DNA of 64,000 nucleotides from a virus (IMGVR_UViG_3300020048_000044:32001-96000); one strand, 5' to 3'. Shown: positions 19,323 to 30,085, counted from the stretch's first letter. Numbers and translations: made by a program. Notes: generated by a model from the letters alone, not told the origin.

Positions 19323-19572
19323 ATTAGAAATTTATCAAACAGCCGAAGCACTGGTAAAAGTTGATTATGATTGTAGAAAAATAAAACATTTAGATTGTGA
19401 TAAATGCCATTTTTCAAAACTTAGATGTTATGGAACTGGTTCAAAAGACCGACTTGTCGATAGAATTATTGAACAAGTCCAAATGGTTTTACGAAATAAA
19501 CCTAAACATCTTAATACAGATGTCCCAAGCAAAATTAAATCAAACAAATATCAATTACTAAGGAGAAAATAA
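19315..19572 (+). CDS. Cys-rich family member with IKSNKYQLLRRK tail
   Basis: C..C..C..C pattern. Confidence 0.7.
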   Translation: MSELEIYQTAEALVKVDYDCRKIKHLDCDKCHFSKLRCYGTGSKDRLVDRIIEQVQMVLRNKPKHLNTDVPSKIKSNKYQLLRRK

Positions 19573-19573
19573 T

Positions 19574-19828
19574 ATGAATAAAGTAGAAATTGCTGAACAG
19601 CTTAAGGATGTAGATTATTTCTGTGACGAATTATCAGATAACTTGGATTGTTCAAAGTGTCCATTTACTAATCAATGCGATGGTCTTGATGAAGATGATA
19701 GACTTTATGATAATACTATTCAAATCATTGAAGATTGTTTAAAAGAAAACAATGGAGGTAATACTAGTAAAAAAGTTGAAGTTAAATCAATTAAATCAAA
19801 CAAATATCAATTATTAAGGAGAAAATAA
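19574..19828 (+). CDS. Cys-rich family member with IKSNKYQLLRRK tail
   Basis: C..C..CP..C pattern. Confidence 0.7.
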   Translation: MNKVEIAEQLKDVDYFCDELSDNLDCSKCPFTNQCDGLDEDDRLYDNTIQIIEDCLKENNGGNTSKKVEVKSIKSNKYQLLRRK

Positions 19829-19829
19829 A

Positions 19830-20363
19830 ATGACACATTTAGAAGCCGCTTTAAAAATTAAAAAGAACAATTACAATTGTGATGTCTTATGTCACGAATG
19901 TCCACTAGAAGATATTAATAGACATGAAAGTTGTGGTAGTGAAAGGGATAAAACTATCAAAGACAAAGAACTTGACGAAGATTATCAAGTTCGTGTAAAA
20001 CTGATTGATGATTTTATCAAAGATGGTATCAATCCAATACAAAAAATCTACTTAAAAACCGTTAAAACAATCCTCGAAAGTGGTAATTGTTCTTGTGATG
20101 ATGTAAGTTGTGACGAATGTCCATTTTATTCAGATAGCTATGATGGTTGCGGTGGTGAAAGAGATACCGATATCGATGATGTCGATGAAGACGAAGAGTA
20201 TCAAACACGCAAAGAATATGTTCGTGATTATTTGGAAAAGGTAAGAAATATTGTTACTACACCACAACCAACAAGTGAACCATCAACAAATGAAGGCGTT
20301 GTGTTTAGAAGTGAACTAATTTTCCAATCACCAAAAAAATACTATCGCTTGATTAAATGGTAA
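19830..20363 (+). CDS. Cys-rich family member, two tandem modules
   Basis: C..C.ECP(L/F)...CG.ERD twice. Confidence 0.75.
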   Translation: MTHLEAALKIKKNNYNCDVLCHECPLEDINRHESCGSERDKTIKDKELDEDYQVRVKLIDDFIKDGINPIQKIYLKTVKTILESGNCSCDDVSCDECPFYSDSYDGCGGERDTDIDDVDEDEEYQTRKEYVRDYLEKVRNIVTTPQPTSEPSTNEGVVFRSELIFQSPKKYYRLIKW

Positions 20364-20503
20364 CTGAAAGATACTGCTCAATCTGTGGTAGAAGACTGGC
20401 ACCACACGATGAAGACCGATATACATGCAATACATGTATCAAAGCCAATGAAGAAAAAGAAGATATAAAATCTAAAGAAAAAGAAGATGATGAAATTGTT
20501 TAA
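20357..20503 (+). CDS. small zinc-finger protein (48 aa)
   Basis: CSICG...CNTC. Confidence 0.55.
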   Translation: MVTERYCSICGRRLAPHDEDRYTCNTCIKANEEKEDIKSKEKEDDEIV

Positions 20504-21122
20504 AATAGGCACCAATTACCATTTGGCTAACCTTGAAAGTATTAAAGAAGGTGACTTAATTCTTGTAGTAAGTAAAACTCATGGTAATGAACTTATACGT
20601 GCCAATGTGGATAATTCACAACCAACAGTATGTTATAAGGTATTAGCTACTACATGTGGTAGCATTGATAGTGAATTGCCATTATTGGACTTGGTTGAAA
20701 TCAATAAGCTATTGGGTGTGGTTGTCTTAGACAATCTAGCAATGGAATATGCCGATGAACAACATGCAAAGTTCGGTAAGATAGACCATCATGCTAGTAT
20801 GTGCAATTTTAAAGCTGGTTATAAGAAATGTGAACAACTTTCTAATAAATCATTTACCCTTGAAGATTTGAAAAGAGGTGTTGAATTTGGAATGTGGTTC
20901 TATAAAACCTATAGAGGGATTCCCGATACAGAATCAATTAATGATTTAGTTAACGGATTACTTAAGACTAAAACTGAATGGAATGCTGAGGTTCAGACAT
21001 ATAAAAGAGCAGTATTCAGCGGTGGATTGGTTGGTAGTCAAACTAAACAAGGTATTCAGATACATGAATCAATGGAATTAGATATTGATAATGGTTATGT
21101 TAAGATATTAAACTTATACTAA
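20487..21122 (+). CDS. hypothetical protein
   Basis: ORF track. Confidence 0.7.
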   Translation: MMKLFKIGTNYHLANLESIKEGDLILVVSKTHGNELIRANVDNSQPTVCYKVLATTCGSIDSELPLLDLVEINKLLGVVVLDNLAMEYADEQHAKFGKIDHHASMCNFKAGYKKCEQLSNKSFTLEDLKRGVEFGMWFYKTYRGIPDTESINDLVNGLLKTKTEWNAEVQTYKRAVFSGGLVGSQTKQGIQIHESMELDIDNGYVKILNLY

Positions 21123-21325
21123 AACATAAAATAAATTTGCTTTTCTGATTTTTTTATCGTACCTTTGCTTTATGAAATCAATTATTACAATATACCATTA
21201 CATAGTAACCATCATTTTAGTGCTATATTCAAAGAAGAAATCCTTCATATATTACACTAAGCATATTGGGGGTTATGAATTTGAACAAAAAGAAATCGAT
21301 GAATTTTTTAAATCTTTAAAATAAC

Positions 21326-21721
21326 ATGAAAATAACAAACTTAATACGTGTAATAATCTTTTCAATACTAGGGCTATACGCTAGTTATTGTTCATATCTA
21401 TTTTTAGCTACACCATTGCACCCAACATATCTTGATTGCGGTGTGGTTAAATCTAAGTCAAACGATGAAGTAGTTATCAAATATGGTACTAGTACCGAAT
21501 TGTATCTTAATGTCCAATTTGAAAAGGCTGGCTTCAAATCAGTAAAAGTCTCTGAAACAACTTATTTTGGAAATAAGGTAGGTGAAAAGGTTTGTTTCGA
21601 TTTAGATATTGAAGTCCCACTTTGGGTTGTTATACATCAAATTATTGGTGTATTAATTTTATTCTGTTTAAGTGTTGTTGGTTTTGTATTAATATGTGTT
21701 TTTTTATTTAATTGGGATTAA
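21326..21721 (+). CDS. membrane protein
   Basis: N- and C-terminal TM segments. Confidence 0.7.
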   Translation: MKITNLIRVIIFSILGLYASYCSYLFLATPLHPTYLDCGVVKSKSNDEVVIKYGTSTELYLNVQFEKAGFKSVKVSETTYFGNKVGEKVCFDLDIEVPLWVVIHQIIGVLILFCLSVVGFVLICVFLFNWD

Positions 21722-21723
21722 TT

Positions 21724-22020
21724 ATGAGTGAAAAAGAATGTATTGAACAAATGGATGCTATTCGTCAAGAATGGTATGAAAAGAAATTGGCATTGTTAAA
21801 CCAATTTGCTATCGATAACGCTAAATTTCAAATTGGTGACTTTATTGGTTGGGGTGGTATTATCATTAAAATTGATAACATTAAAGGTGTTGAGTATTTT
21901 GGGCATCCTCAAATAAATTATAGCGGTGTTAAATATAAAAAGGTTAAGGGTGAAATACTCCCACTTAAAGAAATAAAAAAAGGTTGCTTATACAATAACG
22001 AAAGATTGAGGAAATACTAA
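21724..22020 (+). CDS. hypothetical protein
   Basis: ATG at 21724. Confidence 0.7.
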   Translation: MSEKECIEQMDAIRQEWYEKKLALLNQFAIDNAKFQIGDFIGWGGIIIKIDNIKGVEYFGHPQINYSGVKYKKVKGEILPLKEIKKGCLYNNERLRKY

Positions 22021-22125
22021 TGAAAAAAATGGAAATATTCGTAGAGTTAATCAAAGGCTTAATAGCTTTTGGAATTGGTTATGCAATGATGTACGTAATG
22101 ATGAAATATTGTAAATAATATAGTT

Positions 22126-22617
22126 ATGACAGAAAGAGAAATAGTACAAAAAATAAAAGATGATGGTTATAATTGTAACCATACTAGTGTTGAATGCCAA
22201 ATATGTCCATTATCTATTATAAATAATGATGGGGTTGGGTGTGGTAAGTCATTAAATGACAAAGCAACACATGAAGACCATCTTAAACGGATTAAGTTGG
22301 TTGATGAATATCTTAATGAATCTTTTCTAGAATATATTGAAAAATTGGAAGAAAACTTTAGAACTGATAAAGAACGTATTGAAGCAGTGTTTAGAAATAG
22401 GGTTCGTATTAAACCCGAACCTAAATATAAACCATACACTAAGCCAAACTATGACTTATGTGGGGTGGTAATCAAAGATAAAAATAAGAATCATTTTCTT
22501 ATTACAGCAGTTTCGGAAGATAATAAATATTTTATACTTGGTTCTTTTAAAACCGCAAATCAATTATTTAGTTGTTACGTTAATAAAGATGATAAACCAT
22601 TGGGAGAGGAAATATAA
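22126..22617 (+). CDS. Cys-rich family member
   Basis: YNC..ECQICPL...GCG module. Confidence 0.7.
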   Translation: MTEREIVQKIKDDGYNCNHTSVECQICPLSIINNDGVGCGKSLNDKATHEDHLKRIKLVDEYLNESFLEYIEKLEENFRTDKERIEAVFRNRVRIKPEPKYKPYTKPNYDLCGVVIKDKNKNHFLITAVSEDNKYFILGSFKTANQLFSCYVNKDDKPLGEEI

Positions 22618-22619
22618 TC

Positions 22620-23039
22620 ATGGAACTTTCAACCAAAGACCTACGAATAGGCAACCTTATTACACGTAAATCAAATGGTGCAATAACCGAAGTTAAAGAA
22701 GTATTATCAAATATGATACTTTGTATCAATTCTGCGTTGACTAATACTAAATTAACAACATCAATGATACGGAATTTTGAACCAATTCCTTTAACATCAG
22801 ACTTATTAACCATTAACCTTGGCTTCATCACCGAAATGGATAACTGTGCATTCTTATTGAAAGATGGTATTGGTGAAAACAAATGGCAAATGCGGATTTG
22901 GAATATGGGTGATTATTGGTGTTGGAATGCTGATGGTAATTTTGTGATAAAGTTTCACTATGTTCATGAATTACAAAACCTATTCCATAGCCTTACCAAT
23001 ACTGAATTAATTTGGACTGGTGGAATTTCTTTAAAATAA
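22620..23039 (+). CDS. conserved Bacteroidota phage hypothetical protein
   Basis: DLRIGN...PIPLT...VHELQNLF..LT..EL. Confidence 0.7.
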   Translation: MELSTKDLRIGNLITRKSNGAITEVKEVLSNMILCINSALTNTKLTTSMIRNFEPIPLTSDLLTINLGFITEMDNCAFLLKDGIGENKWQMRIWNMGDYWCWNADGNFVIKFHYVHELQNLFHSLTNTELIWTGGISLK

Positions 23040-23096
23040 ATTTGGTTGTGTCATTTTTTATTCGTACATTTGTAATATAATTTAAAACTTATCATT

Positions 23097-23708
23097 ATGT
23101 ATATCGAAACCAACAATGTATTATCTAGAATATTTGCGTTAAACGGTCTTAAATTTAACGAAAAAGGTTTATTTTATCCAATACGCAACACAGCCTACGA
23201 TGTATTCATTACCAATGATATGAATAAGGTTTGTAAACTAATTGACTTAGATAAATCATTGATTGAGAAAGCCAATTATGAGGAATTTTTTGATATGGTA
23301 TGTCAGTCTAAGTTCTTCTTCAAGAGTAAATTCATTGAAGATGCTTCCAAAGGTGAATGCCACATACTTACATTGATGGCTGAATACCTAAATGCACGTG
23401 AAGTGGTATCTAAAAAAAGAGAAAAGCTAGAATTAACAACATTGTTTGCCTACTTCAAAGATGAAGACTTCGGTAACCAATATGCTAAGTATATCTCTGT
23501 TGTTACAAATAAAGCAAAGATTAATAAAAAATATAGCGGTTCAACAATACTGTTCTTAAAACCAAACTACGATAGAACAAAGTTAAGTATTACAATGCCA
23601 TTTTTTAAATCAACCATGAGTGACATTGACTTTCAATACTTTATTCTTATGTCAAGTCATGAAGAAATTGTTGATAAGTTTGAATTAGCTACTAACCATT
23701 TAATATAA
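23097..23708 (+). CDS. hypothetical protein, resembles C-terminal part of phage nucleotidyltransferases
   Basis: GLKF..KGL...ITND...SKFF; no catalytic motif seen. Confidence 0.4.
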   Translation: MYIETNNVLSRIFALNGLKFNEKGLFYPIRNTAYDVFITNDMNKVCKLIDLDKSLIEKANYEEFFDMVCQSKFFFKSKFIEDASKGECHILTLMAEYLNAREVVSKKREKLELTTLFAYFKDEDFGNQYAKYISVVTNKAKINKKYSGSTILFLKPNYDRTKLSITMPFFKSTMSDIDFQYFILMSSHEEIVDKFELATNHLI

Positions 23709-23714
23709 AACACC

Positions 23715-23981
23715 ATGGGATATATAGATGAAGTATTTGGTATCAAATCAGCCAAAAGCGTACAAAAACATATTGAGAAGATAACAGCTAAAGATATCCA
23801 TGTATATAAGTCTGCCGACTTTGTACACGTTATTTGGTCACTTGGTGATAAATTACACGAATATAAAATAAAATGTCATGTTATCTACGTAATGAAAGAA
23901 GAAGAATTACAAAAAGCTGTAGATATGGTGCTTAATACAACCAACGAATACCATAAAAAAAAATATGAAAGCACTAATTGA
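23715..23981 (+). CDS. hypothetical protein, paralog of 19062-19322
   Basis: VIWSLGDKLH...LNTTNEY. Confidence 0.75.
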   Translation: MGYIDEVFGIKSAKSVQKHIEKITAKDIHVYKSADFVHVIWSLGDKLHEYKIKCHVIYVMKEEELQKAVDMVLNTTNEYHKKKYESTN

Positions 23982-24388
23982 AATTTATAAAGGTTACGAA
24001 ATTAGTTAAAAACACTATAATTTATTTGGTGGTCTGAATTATTATTAGTACATTTGTAATATAAAATAAAAAAACTATGGCTAAAAAAATTTCAAAAACA
24101 AATTGGCGAATGGAATTTTGAATTAGAACATTCATTCGATTTAAAACATGGTATTGGATGGTTTTGTCAATGCTGGCATAATGACCCACATCATAGATTT
24201 GAAGGATTCGGATTCAGTAAAAATAAATTTACAGCTTTTAGATTAGCTAACAAAAAAAATAAAAGATTTTAATGAAAAAAAATAATTGGGTTGAAGTTGC
24301 GGTTGGAACTTGGTTCTCACTGTGATAAAGCAATTGAATATCTAAGAGAAGAACTTGATGAAAATAACGAAGAAGAAAACTAGAAACA

Positions 24389-24700
24389 ATGGAAAAAGAA
24401 ATTAAATGGGATGAAATACCAGTAGGTACATTATTTAGAGCCTATATACGTGGTAAAAAAGTTAGTGGTAAGATACAAAAAGAAGATGATATAATTTTTT
24501 TGTGTCAAGATGAAGAACATGGCTTAGAATGTAACGATAAATTAGGTTTTCAATACTCATATACAATTAATGATGGGTCAACCGATTATATCCAAAAAAA
24601 TCATGTCGGAGCCTTACAATTGATACCCGATTTTCCATCGTGGATATCTTCAACACCTTCAACCATTAAAAATAATCGTTATCTTTTAATTAAAAAATAA
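24389..24700 (+). CDS. hypothetical protein with IKNNRYLLIKK tail
   Basis: ORF track. Confidence 0.7.
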   Translation: MEKEIKWDEIPVGTLFRAYIRGKKVSGKIQKEDDIIFLCQDEEHGLECNDKLGFQYSYTINDGSTDYIQKNHVGALQLIPDFPSWISSTPSTIKNNRYLLIKK

Positions 24701-24704
24701 ACCA

Positions 24705-25202
24705 ATGAAAGAACAAATCATAGAACTTATTAACAAATGTATCTCTAATAAAGATTACTTGCTAAACCCTATCAAAACTGCTGGTTCTTATTCAACTGGT
24801 GTTATGTATGAATCTAATAAAGTACAAGATAGATGGCAATATGAAAACAAATATCCTCGTTTAAATGAACAGATTACTTCATTTAAAGGTAGACATAAGT
24901 TATTATTCGTTTTCACTGATTCACCATCAATCAACATCTATTCGAGGTCTTCTGATGAAGTAATTGGTGAAATGATTGTCTATACCAAAGAATCATTCCT
25001 AGGATTTTCATATCCAAAAAAACATATAGTTAAAACTTGTAGTCGTGAATATACATATATCTTGTCATACGGTGAACTTAAATTTGAACTGCCCGAATAT
25101 CAAGTTAATGATATCGTTGCCGACTATCAAAGAAACTTAGAAGGATTCAGACAAGAAAAATATACTGAACAAATTAAACAACGTATCGAAAAATATTCCT
25201 AA
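24705..25202 (+). CDS. hypothetical protein, tandem paralog A
   Basis: KCISNKD...RIEKYS. Confidence 0.75.
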   Translation: MKEQIIELINKCISNKDYLLNPIKTAGSYSTGVMYESNKVQDRWQYENKYPRLNEQITSFKGRHKLLFVFTDSPSINIYSRSSDEVIGEMIVYTKESFLGFSYPKKHIVKTCSREYTYILSYGELKFELPEYQVNDIVADYQRNLEGFRQEKYTEQIKQRIEKYS

Positions 25203-25213
25203 TTCAAAAAACT

Positions 25214-25792
25214 ATGGTAGAAAAAATTATAACAGAAAGATTAGAAAAGCTTGAAGCTATTAAAAAAAATATGCTTCACCTTATCGAAAAGTGTATTAGT
25301 AATAAAGATTTCTTGTTTAGAAGAATAAAAGTTAAACAAGAAGTAGAGTACTCACCAATGGGTGCACGTCATATTATTGTTTATTCTGGTGTCAAATGTT
25401 ACCAAGAAGACCTTTCGCTAACAGAACCAGCTCGTCATGAGGATAACTATACTTGGGATGCTGTTCATAGTAAAATTAAAAAACATGTTCTAAATCTAAC
25501 ATTCGAAGACGAACCATGCATCACGATAAGAGCTGTTGGAACACCAAGAATAGAAAAAAATGTTAGGGTTATTATTGATAAAACATTCTTAGGCTATTGT
25601 TACCAAAAACAATGCGTAATAGATATAGAACATAACGATTACCATTATGAAATGACTTGCGGTAAACATGTATTTGTATTAACAGATGATGTTGTGAATG
25701 ATATCGTATTCAACTACGAAATAAATAAAAATCATTTCGAAAATATCGTATTCGAAGAACAACTTCAAAAACGTATCGAAAAATACTCATAA
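25214..25792 (+). CDS. hypothetical protein, tandem paralog B
   Basis: KCISNKD...RIEKYS. Confidence 0.75.
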   Translation: MVEKIITERLEKLEAIKKNMLHLIEKCISNKDFLFRRIKVKQEVEYSPMGARHIIVYSGVKCYQEDLSLTEPARHEDNYTWDAVHSKIKKHVLNLTFEDEPCITIRAVGTPRIEKNVRVIIDKTFLGYCYQKQCVIDIEHNDYHYEMTCGKHVFVLTDDVVNDIVFNYEINKNHFENIVFEEQLQKRIEKYS

Positions 25793-25795
25793 GAT

Positions 25796-26011
25796 ATGAA
25801 AAATTTTAAAAGAATACTTTATATTCTAGTAGTAACAATCCTACTAGTTAGTTGTGAAAACGTAAGTCAGTATTCACCTAATTGTAAAGGAAAAGTTGTT
25901 GATAAAATAACCGAATCACCCACGACAACTAAAATATATTTTACTGATGGTTCTTCTTATACTACTTCATCTAATGATTTAGTTTTTGTTACTTATAAAA
26001 ATAAACAATAA
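25796..26011 (+). CDS. small lipoprotein
   Basis: LVSC lipobox. Confidence 0.6.
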   Translation: MKNFKRILYILVVTILLVSCENVSQYSPNCKGKVVDKITESPTTTKIYFTDGSSYTTSSNDLVFVTYKNKQ

Positions 26012-26199
26012 TGTATACAGAACTAACTTTCGAAATGTATCTTATTAATGTAGGTGTCAGAAGTCTTGAATATGACTTTGAAGAAACTGTATTATTCGAA
26101 AATGTAGCATACTTCAAAAAATGCTACGATGCTGAACTATCACCATATAAAGCATTGCTATTCCTACATGATTACTTAAACGGTGAATATATAATTTAA
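26011..26199 (+). CDS. hypothetical protein
   Basis: ORF track. Confidence 0.65.
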   Translation: MYTELTFEMYLINVGVRSLEYDFEETVLFENVAYFKKCYDAELSPYKALLFLHDYLNGEYII

Positions 26200-26216
26200 A
26201 CTTAAAACTTAAAAGA

Positions 26217-26498
26217 ATGCCAACATTTGATATAGAATACGATGGAGTTGACGAACATGAAATAGAACCATGGGAATTCGTTGATAAATGCGATAAGGAC
26301 GAAATTGAAGACCTTATTGACTACCTTAGAGAAGAAGGTAAATTACTGCCTTGCTCTTGTGAAAAACTGGAACAATCAAACCCAATCGTGTTGAGAACGG
26401 AATGGCTATCAATAATCAATAAACTGATGTATAACCAACACCAACTATCAAACGAAGAAGAAACAATAATATTTAATATCGCAAATAAATTAGGTTAA
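26217..26498 (+). CDS. hypothetical protein
   Basis: ORF track. Confidence 0.7.
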   Translation: MPTFDIEYDGVDEHEIEPWEFVDKCDKDEIEDLIDYLREEGKLLPCSCEKLEQSNPIVLRTEWLSIINKLMYNQHQLSNEEETIIFNIANKLG

Positions 26499-26743
26499 TC
26501 GTAACCTAATATTTTTAACACCAATAAAATGATAACAGCTATTATAACATCCTTGGACTGGTACTATTAATGTTTTTCGGAACATTTTATATCGGTAAAT
26601 TTATATGTAAAATATTTAATGATAATGATACCCCTATATTAATTACATTCGCTATGGGTGTGGTAGGTTGGTGTATTATAATATTACTAATATTACTTTG
26701 GTATGCAATCTTTAACGCTATATACCCATTAATAAACTAACCT

Positions 26744-26992
26744 ATGAAAAAAGATATCCAAAATCTTCTTGATATATATAGAGAAATGCATGGTAACGTA
26801 TGTCGTGACCTAGCCAATAAACCATTCATCGGTAATTGTGACGATAGATTTACTAAAAAACATCTATTGGAACACATGATGGAAAGCCTTATCGCTATAC
26901 TCAAAACTCAAACAATAACAGAAGAAATAGAAAGTATCCAAAAGCTTATTGAAGAAAAAGAACTTGAACTTAAAAATCTTAAAGCAGAATAA
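26744..26992 (+). CDS. hypothetical protein
   Basis: ORF track. Confidence 0.7.
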   Translation: MKKDIQNLLDIYREMHGNVCRDLANKPFIGNCDDRFTKKHLLEHMMESLIAILKTQTITEEIESIQKLIEEKELELKNLKAE

Positions 26993-27207
26993 TGTGAAAA
27001 ACTTCTTAATTAAATTCTTTTGGAGAATAATTCTATTTCCTATGCTTTCACTAATGATTATTTGGGTGCCATCGTATATTATTATTTCTGTCCTATTATG
27101 GTTTCTTATCGGGAAAAATTGCTTCAATAACTTTGAAGAAATAATAGAAAAATATGTGATATATTTTTGGGATAAGGTATTTAACGAAAAATTATCTATC
27201 GACTATA

Positions 27208-27555
27208 ATGCTTAAACAAAAAGCAATATTCTACCCTAACTCAGATATCATCAAAGAATTTTACGAATATATCGATGATGTATTGGTTTATATGGAAGAA
27301 ACCAATGAAGAACAAACAAAAGCATACGGACTTGATTACGAACTTAAAGAATACTGGTATAGTTTATTGAACGGGAAAAGAATTATATTATTGAATAAAT
27401 TGAGTGGTGCTGTTTTCGCAGCTTATGTAACAGTTGAATTACCACCTTTAATTATAGATGGTTTCACACCAAGAAGAGCAATATCTTCAAGATACGCTTT
27501 AGCAACAGTAAACCCTAACTTCTACGGAGTAATTGACCCAATTGGAATACAATAA
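27208..27555 (+). CDS. hypothetical protein
   Basis: ORF track. Confidence 0.7.
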   Translation: MLKQKAIFYPNSDIIKEFYEYIDDVLVYMEETNEEQTKAYGLDYELKEYWYSLLNGKRIILLNKLSGAVFAAYVTVELPPLIIDGFTPRRAISSRYALATVNPNFYGVIDPIGIQ

Positions 27556-27579
27556 CATTAAAACTTAAGACAAAACAAT

Positions 27580-27864
27580 ATGAACATTTTCTACGATACA
27601 CAAAAACACTTAGATGCTATACATCAAGAAACCAAAGCACTATTTAAACCTCATAACGAAAGAATTACATACCTCGTTACTCATTTCGATTTCGATATAA
27701 TTACTTGCGTTACCTTCACAGCAATGGGCGAAATGACCGTTAAATACCTAAATGTAGATAACGGAAATATCCATAAGTTTACTTGCGATAAAACATTCAT
27801 CGAAACATTTAAAGATAAAGAAGAAATGAGATTCATTATTAATAAACTTAATATCCAACACTAA
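27580..27864 (+). CDS. hypothetical protein
   Basis: ORF track. Confidence 0.7.
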   Translation: MNIFYDTQKHLDAIHQETKALFKPHNERITYLVTHFDFDIITCVTFTAMGEMTVKYLNVDNGNIHKFTCDKTFIETFKDKEEMRFIINKLNIQH

Positions 27865-28226
27865 TGCTAGAACTTAAATTTAGACTGGAACTGCCATCAT
27901 ATTACGGTGATATCGTTACTAAGTTGCTTAAATCTTGTGACCCAAATATCGAATACGATGTTTATACAATTAACGATAACCTTGAAGTTGTTAAGATTAA
28001 AGGTGTCATAAGAAATAATGGATATTGGAACTATCACCATAACTATGACGATTCATCAAATGAACTACAAATAATTAATAAAAATGGCTCCTATACCCCA
28101 AAATGGTTCACATTCTACGAAAAAGAAGCAATAGAAATACAACAACAACTGGTGGAGAAATGGAAACAAATTCTTAATAACGAAATTAAAAGACTTGATG
28201 AACTAAAAATTCCAAAACAAAAATAA
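27864..28226 (+). CDS. hypothetical protein
   Basis: ORF track. Confidence 0.7.
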   Translation: MLELKFRLELPSYYGDIVTKLLKSCDPNIEYDVYTINDNLEVVKIKGVIRNNGYWNYHHNYDDSSNELQIINKNGSYTPKWFTFYEKEAIEIQQQLVEKWKQILNNEIKRLDELKIPKQK

Positions 28227-28227
28227 T

Positions 28228-28524
28228 ATGAAACCTATCGAAATAATGCCAAAAATATTCCTTGAAGGATTCGATGATAAAGAAGATGCCGATGTTAAAT
28301 GGTTTAATCACCTTGATTGGGATAACTATCGTGGTATGAAAAACTATGAACTACTATATAACGGTAAACTATCTGATATCCCTAGAGAACTGGCTAAAAA
28401 ATGCTTCGACCACGGATATGACGATTTGGAACTAATATATACATCCATCGATGAATCCATTGAAATAGCTTGTAAACAACAATTCTGCCTAATCTATAAA
28501 GAAAACCCTCTTCAACAAAAATAA
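28228..28524 (+). CDS. hypothetical protein
   Basis: ORF track. Confidence 0.7.
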   Translation: MKPIEIMPKIFLEGFDDKEDADVKWFNHLDWDNYRGMKNYELLYNGKLSDIPRELAKKCFDHGYDDLELIYTSIDESIEIACKQQFCLIYKENPLQQK

Positions 28525-28529
28525 CCAAT

Positions 28530-28841
28530 ATGTTAATAGATAATATAACAATAAAAGGAATTACTTACAACCTTATCCCACAATCCAAAAATATAACACA
28601 CCCTTGTGAAAATTGTGACTTTAATAACGTGGATGATACCAAAACAACTTGCCAAACACTTAAAACATTCTGTACTACTGTAAATGATTCTGACCCAAAA
28701 AACTATATATATGATAACTATATATTCTCTAAACAAAAGAAACTCCCCTCAACTCAAAAAGAATGCTCAGATATTATAGACTGTATAGGTTATCAAATAT
28801 ACGGAATAAAAGCTTGTATTATATGTAAACATAAAACATAA
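28530..28841 (+). CDS. Cys-rich hypothetical protein
   Basis: CENC..C..C; CIIC. Confidence 0.65.
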   Translation: MLIDNITIKGITYNLIPQSKNITHPCENCDFNNVDDTKTTCQTLKTFCTTVNDSDPKNYIYDNYIFSKQKKLPSTQKECSDIIDCIGYQIYGIKACIICKHKT

Positions 28842-29460
28842 ACACATATATACACAATTGTGTACATGAAGAACGAAAATACCTATATGAAACAATATAC
28901 AAATAATATCTAAAAAAAATTTTTTTATATTTATTTCTAAATGGAGGTATATATGAAAATCATTCACAAATTCAAAATCCGTAAAGATAATAAACTTACC
29001 CTATACGCCAAAACTTCTGACCAAGAATATACAAAATCATACCTAGTGAATAATAACTTTACTTTCGACTTCATCTCAAAAGAAGAATATATAACAGCAC
29101 TAGCCACACTCCTCCTATACAATAAAGAACTAAACTAACTCATATACACAATTGTGTATACAGTCATATACCCATAAGGCTATGTTCCATATAGTTATAA
29201 ATACCCATCTAAATAAACCCCTATAATAGCACGTTAAGGCTGTTTGGGAAAATTTATGGCATAGTGGTATAAGGTGGTAAAAAGTGGGAAAACTTAACGT
29301 AATTATATGCCTATATTGGTAAGGAACATAATTATCGTATGTAGAGCATAGAATGAATGACATAATGATATATAAAACCGTAGGTAAGATATATAAGAAA
29401 AACATTATGCTATTCAAAAACACTGACCACATATTTTCAGCCAATAATTTACAACAATAT

Positions 29461-29476
29461 TTTTTCACGTGGAACG
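29461..29476. promoter_or_regulatory. parS-like site
   Basis: TTTTTCACGTGGAACG, 14/16 to TGTTTCACGTGGAACA. Confidence 0.4.
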
Positions 29477-29668
29477 TTACGCATATAATACATAATCACA
29501 GTGAGTTACAGACATAAAATAGTTCTGTACACAAAAGTGTATATGGATATGCAGCAGCAGACCACCGAAGTATTAAAAAGGATTATATGTATTATCTTCT
29601 AATTTTTTTCATATATGAAAGATTAATGAATAATTAAATTGCAGTATATATCAGATACACGAATATAA

Positions 29669-29711
29669 AGGATTATTGCATATATAAGATTCTTATATAT
29701 GCAATAATCCT
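29669..29711. repeat. perfect inverted repeat, 21-bp arms with 1-nt centre
   Basis: AGGATTATTGCATATATAAGA-T-TCTTATATATGCAATAATCCT. Confidence 0.95.
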
Positions 29712-30085
29712 ATTGGAATATAAACACAAAAAGCCTATACCCTTATGTTGAGTTTGGAGTAAACTCTGCTAAAGCTAGGCAATGGAATTTACACACCTAT
29801 ATATAGATGATACCTAATAATACTATTTGTATTATCTGAATTGTAAAGGAATATAAAAAATATTACATTTCCAAATTTATTTTCATAAATTCAGTTATAT
29901 AGAATTATTCTAAATAAAGTTCGATTAAGATACAAATTAAAAAGATATGACTAGCGATAAAGTTCGACTAGTCCAAAAAGAATTTGCAAAGGTAAGAAAA
30001 AAATAATTAAAAAACAAGTGAAATAAATTTTTTTTATAACTTTTTTTATTATATCTTTGCATTAAATAATTTAATACTATATTAT

